DNA of 38,810 nucleotides from a virus (taxonomy: Duplodnaviria > Caudoviricetes). The notes beneath the pieces are model-generated. The model had not been told where the DNA came from. It saw nothing but the letters and a program-made list of their open reading frames with translations, and ran no database searches. The position numbers and the translations under genes were made by a program. Below, piece by piece: positions 19,433-28,386 of the stretch (position 1 is its first letter; the number at the start of each line of letters is the position of its first letter). The stretch covers positions 1-38,810 of IMG/VR virus record IMGVR_UViG_3300032218_003242. One strand, written 5' to 3'.

Positions 19433-21479
19433 AAGAAGACGTCGTCAAGGTATAGGCAAAATTATTGTCAGCGTTGAAAGTCGCATCAGAAAGATTGAAA
19501 AAAATCCTTCTCCAAAGCGTCTTAAGACAAACGTTGTAACAACTGAGAAATTGGGTTTTCGTGCGGTAACCACAAAGACCGTCGCGGCAGACGCCATTAC
19601 CCCTAATGAGGCTGCGTTTGGAACTACTATAGTTACAGACACACAGCCGACCGAGTATCTTAAGGAAGGTACAACCTGGATAAATCCAGACGATGGTGTA
19701 ACTAATATCTACAGTGAAAATCTTAATGATTTTATTACAGTTACAGATGCAAATGCAGTAGAAGCACTATCTATCGCGCAAGGAAAAAATAAGACCTACG
19801 TGCAAAATGATGAACCAACAGGCGGCTCATACTCTGAAGGCGATCTTTGGATCGACACAAATGACGGTAATAAACTTTACGTCTATAGTGGTACAGCGTG
19901 GGTTGCACGACAAGATGCTGCGATATCTACCGCCCAATCAACTGCAAACGGAAAAAATACAGTCTACTACTCTACGTCAGAACCAGGCAGCACCGCTAAT
20001 ACAGCTGGAGACATCTGGTGGAAGTATGGAATAACTAGATCTATATCAAATAAGGCTTTAACTAGCAACGTAGCAACACTTACAACCTCTACGGCGCACG
20101 GTTTAGCGGTAGGTAGCACAGTAAAAATATCTAGTGTTGATGCTACGTTTAACGGCACATTTACTGTTACATCAATTCCTACAACAACAACGTTTACATA
20201 TGCTAAGACAGCAACTAACGTTGTATCATCAGCAGTTTCTCCTGCAGGTACACTTCTTTACTCAGACGGCATCATTACGGGCCAGTGGACTGGTGCAGGT
20301 GGCACAAGTTGGACATCTACTACAGTAGGAAACTTAGTAATTGCAAATATTGACGCCGGAAAGATTACAACAGGCTATCTTGACGTAGCGGGTGCGGTAA
20401 AGATTACAACAAGTGCTACCGCTTCAAGTACAGGTGGAAATACGGCTCGTATAGAGATAAACTCTAGCGGTTTTTACGCATATGACGGTACGGTTGCTAC
20501 TGTATCTATTACCAACGCCGGAACCGCTGTATTCTCCGGCACGGTTAACGCAACAGGCGGAACCTTTACGGGATATGTTACTGCAGGAACTGCAAGATTT
20601 GGCGCGGCAGTTCAAACTGGTAAAAATGGCATATACATAAACGCTACAAACTACTGGTACGACGATGGAAGTTTTAAGGCAGGAACAGGTACATCAGCTA
20701 TTACCTATGACGGCTCAGGCACGTTGACTATTGGCGCAGGTTCTTCTATTGGAGGAACTACAGCTTCAACATTAGTGTCAAATGCAGCTGAAGGAGCAAC
20801 AGCACTTCAAGATGGAAATGGAGTATCTAAAAACGGCAGTGACCAGATCACTAGCATTAGTACCTCAAGCGGCATAAAAATTGGAACAAGGGTCGATGGA
20901 ACTGGCGCTCGCGTTGAGATGAACTCAACTGGATTTTATGCATATGACGGTGTGTCTGGGACACCAACTGTTCAAATACTAAACACCGGCAGCGCAACTT
21001 TTACAGGAGAAGTAAAGGCTGGATCTTTCTCTGGCGGTATATCCTCTACTGCAACTATCACCGGTGGAACCTTTGCAACAGCGTCTAATGGGACAAGATT
21101 AGAAATATCTGGTGGTAACATATATACGTATGACGGCAGCGAACAGCAGGGTGTTATAAGTAGCACGGCTGGGGCTCTATATTTTTATGGACCTGGCAGC
21201 AGTCTAGGCGCCGGTGGAAAAATGCAACTGTACTCTGACACTAACAGCACATCTTCATTGGCAGGACTCGTCTCTCTAACTGCTGGCGGGACAGGCGATG
21301 TTACACTATCTACTGCAACTAATCTTCTTAGAGTTGACGGAGCAACTACCGCAGTCACACTTGATGCGGCTACTCCTGTAGCAACGTTCGGATTAAGAAA
21401 CATTAGAGGGTACACTTCTTTTGATCCGGCTACTAATTCAAGTGGCACAGATGGCGACATAGTGGTGGTCTATTCATAA
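19422..21479 (+). CDS. Tail fibre / minor tail protein
   Basis: G/T/S-rich; repeats GKN..Y....P....GD.W and ARIEINSSGFYAYDG / ARVEMNSTGFYAYDG; IDAGKITTG motif; C-terminal GTDGDIVVVY. GTG 19422 chosen over TTG 19413. Confidence 0.75.
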   Translation: MVSRRRRRQGIGKIIVSVESRIRKIEKNPSPKRLKTNVVTTEKLGFRAVTTKTVAADAITPNEAAFGTTIVTDTQPTEYLKEGTTWINPDDGVTNIYSENLNDFITVTDANAVEALSIAQGKNKTYVQNDEPTGGSYSEGDLWIDTNDGNKLYVYSGTAWVARQDAAISTAQSTANGKNTVYYSTSEPGSTANTAGDIWWKYGITRSISNKALTSNVATLTTSTAHGLAVGSTVKISSVDATFNGTFTVTSIPTTTTFTYAKTATNVVSSAVSPAGTLLYSDGIITGQWTGAGGTSWTSTTVGNLVIANIDAGKITTGYLDVAGAVKITTSATASSTGGNTARIEINSSGFYAYDGTVATVSITNAGTAVFSGTVNATGGTFTGYVTAGTARFGAAVQTGKNGIYINATNYWYDDGSFKAGTGTSAITYDGSGTLTIGAGSSIGGTTASTLVSNAAEGATALQDGNGVSKNGSDQITSISTSSGIKIGTRVDGTGARVEMNSTGFYAYDGVSGTPTVQILNTGSATFTGEVKAGSFSGGISSTATITGGTFATASNGTRLEISGGNIYTYDGSEQQGVISSTAGALYFYGPGSSLGAGGKMQLYSDTNSTSSLAGLVSLTAGGTGDVTLSTATNLLRVDGATTAVTLDAATPVATFGLRNIRGYTSFDPATNSSGTDGDIVVVYS

Positions 21480-24100
21480 TGTCTGCTTACATTAAGAAAA
21501 CAGGTGGAACCTGGAGTAACTCCATATCTGCCTTTTATATTAAAAATAGTACATGGAGAACTGTAAGCAACGGGTACATAAAGGTTGCAGGTACATGGAG
21601 ATCTTTTTTTACGAGCACTCGTACTCCTTCAATCGCGTCGACGGTAACAATTTCACGCAACAACGCGACGTACCCTTCAACACTTACAGGCACAAACTAC
21701 TACTGGACCGACTCTACGTCCTTAACGTACGTCTTTCAAAAATCTTCCGACAACTCTTCCTGGTCTAACATAGGCTCCGCAACATCTATTGCCAACCCTT
21801 CTTCAGGGTCTTCAAATACGGTCACCTATGCGCTTACACTTTCAGACTTTCCTGCGTTTACCTCCTATTATCGTTTTGTTGTAACCGCGGTGAACTCTAC
21901 ATACTCTACCTCCGCAACCTCGACAAGTACGTCCGTGTCCGTATCTCGCCCTGCACCAATTAACACCGTCGCGCCTACGATCTCTCCTTCATCAGGAACA
22001 GTAGGAGTTACGCAATACAGCGTGACAAGTAACGGCACCTGGGATCCTGACGACGCAGATGGCATATACGAGTATCTGTGGCAGTCATACGACACGCCAA
22101 GTTACGTCAGCGCTCCTGGCACCAACACTCTATCTACATACACTCCGCCTTCTAACTTTTTAAGCTTAGGCTACTTCAGCCCGATTCGTTGTCGTGTTAC
22201 CGCAACAAACGCCAGCGGCTCTACCGCCGCGTTCTCTAACACAGCTACCGTCTCCGCCGTTACGCCTTCAGCTAGTAACCTTGCTACTTCGGACACGACG
22301 ATAACACCAGGTGCTCCTTCTTCTATCACCGTGGCTAATACCGCTCCTTCTAATACAGGAACAGTTACGTGGGCTAATGGATCTAACGCAACAAGCTCTT
22401 GGGTTTCTTCTGTTACGCCTGGGGCGTCGTATACGGGCAGCGACGCCGGTACATTGATAACAAGTCAGACATTTACAGTAACCTCTACAGCTACCGCCGT
22501 AGCTACCGTCTACAATAAAAATAACAGCAAGAGAGTTACTCTCTCATGGGATCAGTCCAACGCGGCTAGCTATAGTGTGAACTACACTATAACGAACGCA
22601 GGTCTTGCGAACGGAACATATAACTCCACAGGTAACTCTACAGCGTCATCTGTTAGCGTTGTAGTTACACTTGGAAACGTATCTGGCACGGTTCGCGCTA
22701 ACTCTGTGACGGTGTACTCTAGCAGCGGGCAGTCAGGTGTTTCTTCAACGTTTACTCCAGGATCTGCTCCGCAAACTTCTCCTACAGATAAGACAAGTTC
22801 TAATACGGGAAGTGGCTCGGTTACATACACCCCTCCTGCGCCTGTAAACACCGTTGCACCAACAATTACTCCTACCTCTGGCACGGCTGGAACTACTACA
22901 TATAGTGTCAACAGCGTTGGCTCGTGGACTAATTCTCCTACCGGTTACACATACCAGTGGAAATATCAAGATCAACCTGGAGTGTTCCTAAGCATATCTG
23001 GTGCAACTAGCTCTTCATACTCTCCACCATCTAACTTCTTCTCTGGCCTCTTCTACGCAAGCCCTATCCGTTGCGATGTTACGGCTTCTAATGCAGGAGG
23101 GTCTTCTTCTCCTGCTGCGTCTAATACTGCAACAGTAGCAGCCCCGGTAGTGATACCTTCAGGCGGAACAGTTTCAATATCTACAAACACAGGAAACTAT
23201 ATTGTTGGAAGCATCATAACGTACTCAACTTCAGGGTGGGCTAACACACCGACAAGCTATAGTTTAAGACTATATAACGGAACTAACCCAGTATTAACTA
23301 GCGATCCTCTTAGAGCTTCAACGTCTAGCACATCTGGTACCTACACTATCAGTTCTTCTGATGTGCCAAACTACTTTAAAGCATACGCAACTGCAAGCAA
23401 CTCTGCAGGCACATCTACAGAAGTCGGCTCTACACAAGTAGGACCTGCAGTTGCAGCTGCACCTGTAAACACCGTCGCGCCTTCTGTAACACCTTCCTCT
23501 GGAACTGCAGGAGTTACTACGTACTCAACTACAAATGGCACATGGAGCAACTCTCCAACCTCATATACATATCAGTGGCAGTACCTAGATCAAGGAACTA
23601 CATATCTAAGCATATCTGGTGCAACTAGCTCTTCATACTCTCCACCTTCAAACTTTAGCGCTCTTGGATATGCTAGTCCTATTCGTTGTAGAGTCACAGC
23701 TACAAACTCTGGTGGATCTGCTTCAGCATTCTCTAACACGGCAACTGTCACATCACCAACCGTACCAGGCACAGTAACTTCGTTAACTGCGTCCTCTGCA
23801 CTTAGCGGTACAAACTTAAACTGGTCTGCGTCATGGTCTGCACCCTCAAGTGATGGCGGCTCGGCTATTACTGGGTATAAAGTTTATGTTGAAAGAGCAG
23901 CTTCGTCTTCAGGGCCGTGGACTGCCTCAACTACCCAGATTCCTGCAGGATCAGGCGCGTATACAGCAGCAGCTCCCTACTCTACAGCATCAACAAGCGT
24001 CAGTGGCCGTGTCACGGGAACGACAGCAACATGGATTCGAGTCTATGTTGCGGCGGTTAATGCTATAGGCACTGGCTCATATACGACTGCGGTAGGTTAA
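21479..24100 (+). CDS. Ser/Thr-rich Ig-like/FN3 repeat virion protein (putative receptor-binding or adhesion protein)
   Basis: Three AP.NTVAP...GTW....Y.YQW...IRC.VTA.N repeats, a fourth divergent, and a C-terminal FN3 (WSAPSSDGGSAITGYKV...VAAVNAIGTG). Confidence 0.72.
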   Translation: MSAYIKKTGGTWSNSISAFYIKNSTWRTVSNGYIKVAGTWRSFFTSTRTPSIASTVTISRNNATYPSTLTGTNYYWTDSTSLTYVFQKSSDNSSWSNIGSATSIANPSSGSSNTVTYALTLSDFPAFTSYYRFVVTAVNSTYSTSATSTSTSVSVSRPAPINTVAPTISPSSGTVGVTQYSVTSNGTWDPDDADGIYEYLWQSYDTPSYVSAPGTNTLSTYTPPSNFLSLGYFSPIRCRVTATNASGSTAAFSNTATVSAVTPSASNLATSDTTITPGAPSSITVANTAPSNTGTVTWANGSNATSSWVSSVTPGASYTGSDAGTLITSQTFTVTSTATAVATVYNKNNSKRVTLSWDQSNAASYSVNYTITNAGLANGTYNSTGNSTASSVSVVVTLGNVSGTVRANSVTVYSSSGQSGVSSTFTPGSAPQTSPTDKTSSNTGSGSVTYTPPAPVNTVAPTITPTSGTAGTTTYSVNSVGSWTNSPTGYTYQWKYQDQPGVFLSISGATSSSYSPPSNFFSGLFYASPIRCDVTASNAGGSSSPAASNTATVAAPVVIPSGGTVSISTNTGNYIVGSIITYSTSGWANTPTSYSLRLYNGTNPVLTSDPLRASTSSTSGTYTISSSDVPNYFKAYATASNSAGTSTEVGSTQVGPAVAAAPVNTVAPSVTPSSGTAGVTTYSTTNGTWSNSPTSYTYQWQYLDQGTTYLSISGATSSSYSPPSNFSALGYASPIRCRVTATNSGGSASAFSNTATVTSPTVPGTVTSLTASSALSGTNLNWSASWSAPSSDGGSAITGYKVYVERAASSSGPWTASTTQIPAGSGAYTAAAPYSTASTSVSGRVTGTTATWIRVYVAAVNAIGTGSYTTAVG
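22988..23646 (+). repeat. Exact 41-bp direct repeat (22988-23028 and 23606-23646) in Ig-like repeats
   Basis: CTAAGCATATCTGGTGCAACTAGCTCTTCATACTCTCCACC occurs at both positions. Confidence 0.9.
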
Positions 24101-24101
24101 A

Positions 24102-24299
24102 ATGACAAATGAATTAACACAAGAAGAAAAGATTTCTCTAGTCCAAAGCAAAACGCGCACATACATCCTGATGCAGGAAAGCTTAGAAAGCTACTTACTA
24201 GAGGAAACGGACACAGAGACTGTAAAAGAATATGAAGACAGTATAAAAGAGTGTAAAAGCATAATAAATGCTCTAAAAGCATTTAAAGAAACGTGCTAG
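24102..24299 (+). CDS. Small coiled-coil protein (possible fibre chaperone)
   Basis: 65 aa, starts 1 nt after upstream stop; LTQEEKISLV similar to next gene. Confidence 0.6.
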   Translation: MTNELTQEEKISLVQSKTRTYILMQESLESYLLEETDTETVKEYEDSIKECKSIINALKAFKETC

Positions 24300-24373
24300 A
24301 ATAGGCACAAAATAGTAGTAAATGTTATACAATTTAGCGTTACAAGGACGCTAAATGGACGCAAGGAGACACA

Positions 24374-24592
24374 ATGGCAGACTACGACCTAACCGCGACT
24401 GATAAGATTGCGGTTATCAACTCACACATTAAGAACATTAACTATAATAAGTTTAATGCGGAGTTAGTTATCATCGAGGAAAACGCTACAGAAACGCCTT
24501 CCGCTACTAAGATCGCAGACGCTAACGCGCAGATAGATGAGGCCGAGGCACAGATTACAGCGCTAGAAGCACAGATCACAGCTCTTTCCTAA
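24374..24592 (+). CDS. Small coiled-coil protein
   Basis: 72 aa, SD AAGGAG; heptad C-terminus. Confidence 0.7.
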   Translation: MADYDLTATDKIAVINSHIKNINYNKFNAELVIIEENATETPSATKIADANAQIDEAEAQITALEAQITALS

Positions 24593-24622
24593 TAACTAAC
24601 CTACGACAAGGACGTTTACTTA

Positions 24623-24811
24623 ATGGACAAGCCAAAGACCAAGGACGAGCTGATTATCATCGCGCTTCAACAGCGCATCGGTGAGATGGCTATGCAATAC
24701 GAAGGGGCTATCGCATCATTGCGCGCGGATCTGACTCAGCTTCAAGATGTACTCAATGTAGTTAATGGAGATAACATCAAGAAGATTGAAGGAGATACGA
24801 CGAGTGCATGA
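24623..24811 (+). CDS. Small coiled-coil hypothetical protein
   Basis: 62 aa; ALQQRIGE...YE..IA.LRADLT; AAGGA upstream. Confidence 0.7.
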   Translation: MDKPKTKDELIIIALQQRIGEMAMQYEGAIASLRADLTQLQDVLNVVNGDNIKKIEGDTTSA

Positions 24812-25274
24812 GGTAAAGGACGGCTCGCGTACCCTACAGTTTAGCGGAAAACTCCTTGCGGAGTCTTCCTCCTGGCGCCCTGGAACATACCGTTGGATCG
24901 AGTTTAAGCTCTACAAGACGGATAATGGCTCGTATATTCTTTCTCGCATAGGTGTATCTTTAATCTTCCACGGAGCCGCGTGTCCGTTGGTTAAAAGATA
25001 CGCTCTTACAGAGATGCCTATATCTACGTTAGTAGATGACGCTCTCCCTTGCGAGGAGTGTCGCCCTACACGCAGCGTTGCAATTATCTTTCCAGAGAAA
25101 CATCGTCACTGGGCACAGGTATCCGAGGAGCCAACTCCCGTCTTAGATGCGTTATATAAATATGACCAAGGCGGCGCACGATACCTTACCAATGTCGCGC
25201 AAAGACTATTAGAGGACGCATCGGACGCGGATAAAGGTATTGAGTCGGTGTATAGGATAGAGCTTATTCCGTAA
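24804..25274 (+). CDS. Hypothetical protein with H-x3-C...CxxC putative metal site
   Basis: GTG 24804 with SD AAGGAG 24789-24794; FHGAAC and CEEC. Confidence 0.65.
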   Translation: MHEVKDGSRTLQFSGKLLAESSSWRPGTYRWIEFKLYKTDNGSYILSRIGVSLIFHGAACPLVKRYALTEMPISTLVDDALPCEECRPTRSVAIIFPEKHRHWAQVSEEPTPVLDALYKYDQGGARYLTNVAQRLLEDASDADKGIESVYRIELIP

Positions 25275-25286
25275 ATCAAGTTTTGA

Positions 25287-25295
25287 TGTTATAAT
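25287..25295 (+). promoter_or_regulatory. Extended -10 promoter (TGTTATAAT) for nucleotide-modification/replication operon
   Basis: Perfect TGnTATAAT in AT-rich intergenic 26 nt before ATG 25322. Confidence 0.7.
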
Positions 25296-25321
25296 TTTCT
25301 TAGAGACAAAGGACGCAAAAG

Positions 25322-26338
25322 ATGTTTATAGTTATTGAAGGCACGGATGCCTCAGGCAAATCTACTCTTGTGTCTGAGGTTCAAAAACAACTTAGCGAAA
25401 AGTTTCCTAAAAAAGAAATCGAGTTCTACCATAAGTCTAAGCCTGAAGAGATGACGCGTCGTTGGGTTTTACAGGACTATGTAACCTCTATTGAAAAGGC
25501 AGATTGGTCTCAACGTATTGCGGTTGCAGATCGCTGGCATTGGGGCGAGGTAACATACGCCGCTGTTAAACGTCCTGAGACAGGTACAGGCGACGGATAC
25601 GGTCTCCTCGGTAAAGCTGGTTGGCGTTGGACAGAGCTCTTTCTTCAATCACGTGGTGTTGCTCAATTTTGGCTCTATCAACCTCTTGATGTTATTACTC
25701 GTCGTCTTAATGCTCGCGGTGACGATTATGTACAGGTACACGAGTTAGAAGAGATCTTAAAATTCTATGAGCTTGCGGCTTCAGCGTCCGCAGGTCTTGC
25801 CGGACGCCTAACTCCTTCTCCAGATTCGCTTGACGCGATATCTCATCTTGCGTCTCACGTTATTAACCGCGCGGAGTCTTTTCAAGAAGATACACAGGAG
25901 CTAATAAAGTTTCCGGAGTACATCGGACAAAGATTTCCAAGGGTATTACTCGTAGGAGATACAAGAAACATCACTAAAAAATATGGCGAGGAAACTATCC
26001 TGCCTTTCATGCCTGTTGATGGAAATTCCGGCGAGTTTTTACTTACGGCTCTTGAGTCTGATAGGTGGAAGACCATGGGTATCGTGAATATAAACGACAT
26101 GTCATCAGAGCGTTTTGAAGATCTATGGTGTACGTTGCGTCGTCCACCTGTAGTTGCCTTAGGGCGTCTTGCTGAAAAAGGACTTATCTATGCAAATATA
26201 CCTAGCTATCTTTACTCTGTAACCTCCCACCCGCAGCACGTTAGACGATTTTTTCATGCACAAAAAGAAGAGTACGGCAAGGCAATAACACGACTTACAC
26301 AAGAAAAGAACCTGGGAGACAAATGGATACTGCGATAA
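25322..26338 (+). CDS. dNMP (thymidylate-like) kinase fused to C-terminal uracil-DNA-glycosylase-fold domain
   Basis: P-loop IEGTDASGKST and DRWHWGEVTY; C-terminal VLLVGD...PF....SGEFL..AL...N...P.VVALGR.A...HP matches UDG family 4/5 motif order. Confidence 0.75.
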   Translation: MFIVIEGTDASGKSTLVSEVQKQLSEKFPKKEIEFYHKSKPEEMTRRWVLQDYVTSIEKADWSQRIAVADRWHWGEVTYAAVKRPETGTGDGYGLLGKAGWRWTELFLQSRGVAQFWLYQPLDVITRRLNARGDDYVQVHELEEILKFYELAASASAGLAGRLTPSPDSLDAISHLASHVINRAESFQEDTQELIKFPEYIGQRFPRVLLVGDTRNITKKYGEETILPFMPVDGNSGEFLLTALESDRWKTMGIVNINDMSSERFEDLWCTLRRPPVVALGRLAEKGLIYANIPSYLYSVTSHPQHVRRFFHAQKEEYGKAITRLTQEKNLGDKWILR

Positions 26339-27174
26339 TCAACATACCTGACGGAGTTAACGGATACGTTGATCTTGTACAGCACGTACTCAAAAACGGT
26401 AAAGAGGTTGCTCCTCGTGGTATGAAGACACGCGAGATCGAGGATGCAATTATTCGTATAGATGACGTGTATAACACCTTACCTTTAGGTGTAGGACGTG
26501 GAACTGTTCCAGGTATCGGCGCGGTTGAGGCTTGCCAGCTTATCGCAGGTGCAAGCACGCCTAAACTTGTTATCGCCATCGGTCCACAGTTTGCTAACTA
26601 TACCGAGGATAACGGACTATTTCACGGAGCGTATGGAATTCGTACACAGTCGCAGTATGCTCCTATAGTTGAAAGACTTAAGGCAGACCCAGATACACGA
26701 CAGGCTGTCGTCACGATTTGGAATCCGGAGCTAGATCTTCTTTCAAATAAGCGAGATTACCCGTGCACTATCCTGCATCAATTTAGAATTCGCAACAACA
26801 AACTTAACATGAGCGTGTACATGCGCTCAAACGACGTATGGCTAGGAGCGGCGTATGACTTCTTCCAGTTTACCCGCGTTCAACTTGCAATAGCGTCTAT
26901 CCTGGGCATCGAGCCAGGAACGTATCACCATCACGTCGGATCTCTTCACATCTACGAGCAGCACTATGATTCAGCAGAAAATCTAAAGCACACAACCGAG
27001 CCTTATGAAAGTATCCCTGCAATTATCGGTGCCAACTGGCAACAGATCAAGAATCGTGCGATGGGTGCGTTGACAGCGGCAATACATAGAGACGAGCCTA
27101 TGCTTCTTTATAACCTTCATCCGTTTGAAGGTTGGTACGCTAACGCGATGATTAAGGCTATCAAAAGCCGATGA
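26323..27174 (+). CDS. Thymidylate synthase-fold enzyme, predicted dCMP hydroxymethylase/methylase
   Basis: DTRQA, catalytic PC (Cys 26764-26766), MRSND, GSLHIY; residue equivalent to E. coli ThyA N177 is Asp (RSNDVWLGAAYD, 26857-26859). Confidence 0.8.
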   Translation: MDTAIINIPDGVNGYVDLVQHVLKNGKEVAPRGMKTREIEDAIIRIDDVYNTLPLGVGRGTVPGIGAVEACQLIAGASTPKLVIAIGPQFANYTEDNGLFHGAYGIRTQSQYAPIVERLKADPDTRQAVVTIWNPELDLLSNKRDYPCTILHQFRIRNNKLNMSVYMRSNDVWLGAAYDFFQFTRVQLAIASILGIEPGTYHHHVGSLHIYEQHYDSAENLKHTTEPYESIPAIIGANWQQIKNRAMGALTAAIHRDEPMLLYNLHPFEGWYANAMIKAIKSR

Positions 27175-28214
27175 AAATTAACGGAATAGTCATAGCAAGA
27201 AACGAGTGGCCTTTGCTGGGTCTCTCTATCTCACATGCGCTTTTTTACCATGTTGATAAAGTTTTTGTTATTGACCACTCCAGCACCGACGACACAAAAA
27301 ATGGTCTTGCCGAGCTGCAAAAGGTTTGGCCGGATCAGATAGAGGTATTTAGATATGAGGATAACCTATTTGACCAGGAAGCCTTAACTAATATTCTTCT
27401 ACATATCAGTAATCAAGAAAATCCTGACTGGAACTTTATCTTCGACGCGGACGAGTTTTTAGTTAGCCCTACCGACAAAGATATAGAGGATCTTTTATCT
27501 AATCTAGGTGAAAAATGGAATGCCATAGCTATGCAGCTAGAAAACTACATAGTACCTGCAGGATTTATTGACACTAGACTAGATGATTACCAGCTTGTAG
27601 ATCACTACGTGACGTCTGTAAATCACGTAGGAGATCGTGACGAGTTCCACGAGGAGGTTAAAAGAAACGAAAAACTTCTTCACGAGTTTAGGGTTCCCTC
27701 AAAGATTCTGGTAAAAAACAACTCCGGTGACTTTGTTGATGCAGGACAGCACCAGCTTAAATACGGGGATGGTAAGTTCTGGCACCTTTGGGATACTACG
27801 GTTGCCGCATCAAATAAGGAAGATTGGTTAATATGCCATCTTCCATACACAAGCCTAAAAAGATTTAAGGCTCGCAAGGATGTACACGAACGCATCAACA
27901 ATAACTTTGCCAACAAGGTTTTTGCAAAGACGATAACACCTGATGAAGATATAGCGCAGATGTGGGATAGACTTCAGATGCATCCTGGAGACACTAATCC
28001 AATCTTAGTTAGAGATTCTTCGCTTTCTAAAAGTTTTGCTCCTTTAACTATAAAGTTAGCACCTTACTGGGGAAAAATACTGCAGCCAGAACACCATAAT
28101 GTAGTGTACAGAATATCGTCCGAGGCAATAGAGTTTGCAGTTGGTGTTGCAAACAAGTATATCCGCATATGTGATGAGCTGTGGGCAAACCAGAAAGGAG
28201 ACCGAATTGAGTAA
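27171..28214 (+). CDS. GT-A (family 2-like) glycosyltransferase
   Basis: IARNE, IDHSSTDDT, DxD motif FDADEFL, GQH, HLPY.S...F motifs. Confidence 0.8.
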   Translation: MKINGIVIARNEWPLLGLSISHALFYHVDKVFVIDHSSTDDTKNGLAELQKVWPDQIEVFRYEDNLFDQEALTNILLHISNQENPDWNFIFDADEFLVSPTDKDIEDLLSNLGEKWNAIAMQLENYIVPAGFIDTRLDDYQLVDHYVTSVNHVGDRDEFHEEVKRNEKLLHEFRVPSKILVKNNSGDFVDAGQHQLKYGDGKFWHLWDTTVAASNKEDWLICHLPYTSLKRFKARKDVHERINNNFANKVFAKTITPDEDIAQMWDRLQMHPGDTNPILVRDSSLSKSFAPLTIKLAPYWGKILQPEHHNVVYRISSEAIEFAVGVANKYIRICDELWANQKGDRIE

Positions 28215-28386
28215 CGAGCTAGAGGGTTTTGGACAAAGTAGTCCACTTCGCGAGGCAACCGTGCAACTGCACGAGATGTACGTTGAACTTAGATCTGCGG
28301 GCTTTAGTAAGAAAGAAGCGCTACATCTAGTATCAAAGATTCTTTCAAGTGCTGTTATCGGTGGGATTGAGGATATTGATAGATGA
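28207..28386 (+). CDS. Small hypothetical protein
   Basis: TTG 28207 with SD AAGGAG; LHEMYVELRSAGFSKKEALHLV is a common small phage protein pattern. Confidence 0.65.
   Translation: MSNELEGFGQSSPLREATVQLHEMYVELRSAGFSKKEALHLVSKILSSAVIGGIEDIDR

Noticed and set aside
22988-23646. DGR template/variable repeat pair
   Set aside because: Repeat is exact with no adenine-specific mismatches and no reverse transcriptase is present in the window.
24100-25274. Lysis cassette after tail genes
   Set aside because: No endolysin catalytic motifs or transmembrane holin-like ORF here; lysis genes are presumably outside the window.
26323-27174. Annotation as ordinary thyA
   Set aside because: Asp at the N177-equivalent position and PCT instead of PCH argue for dCMP specificity.
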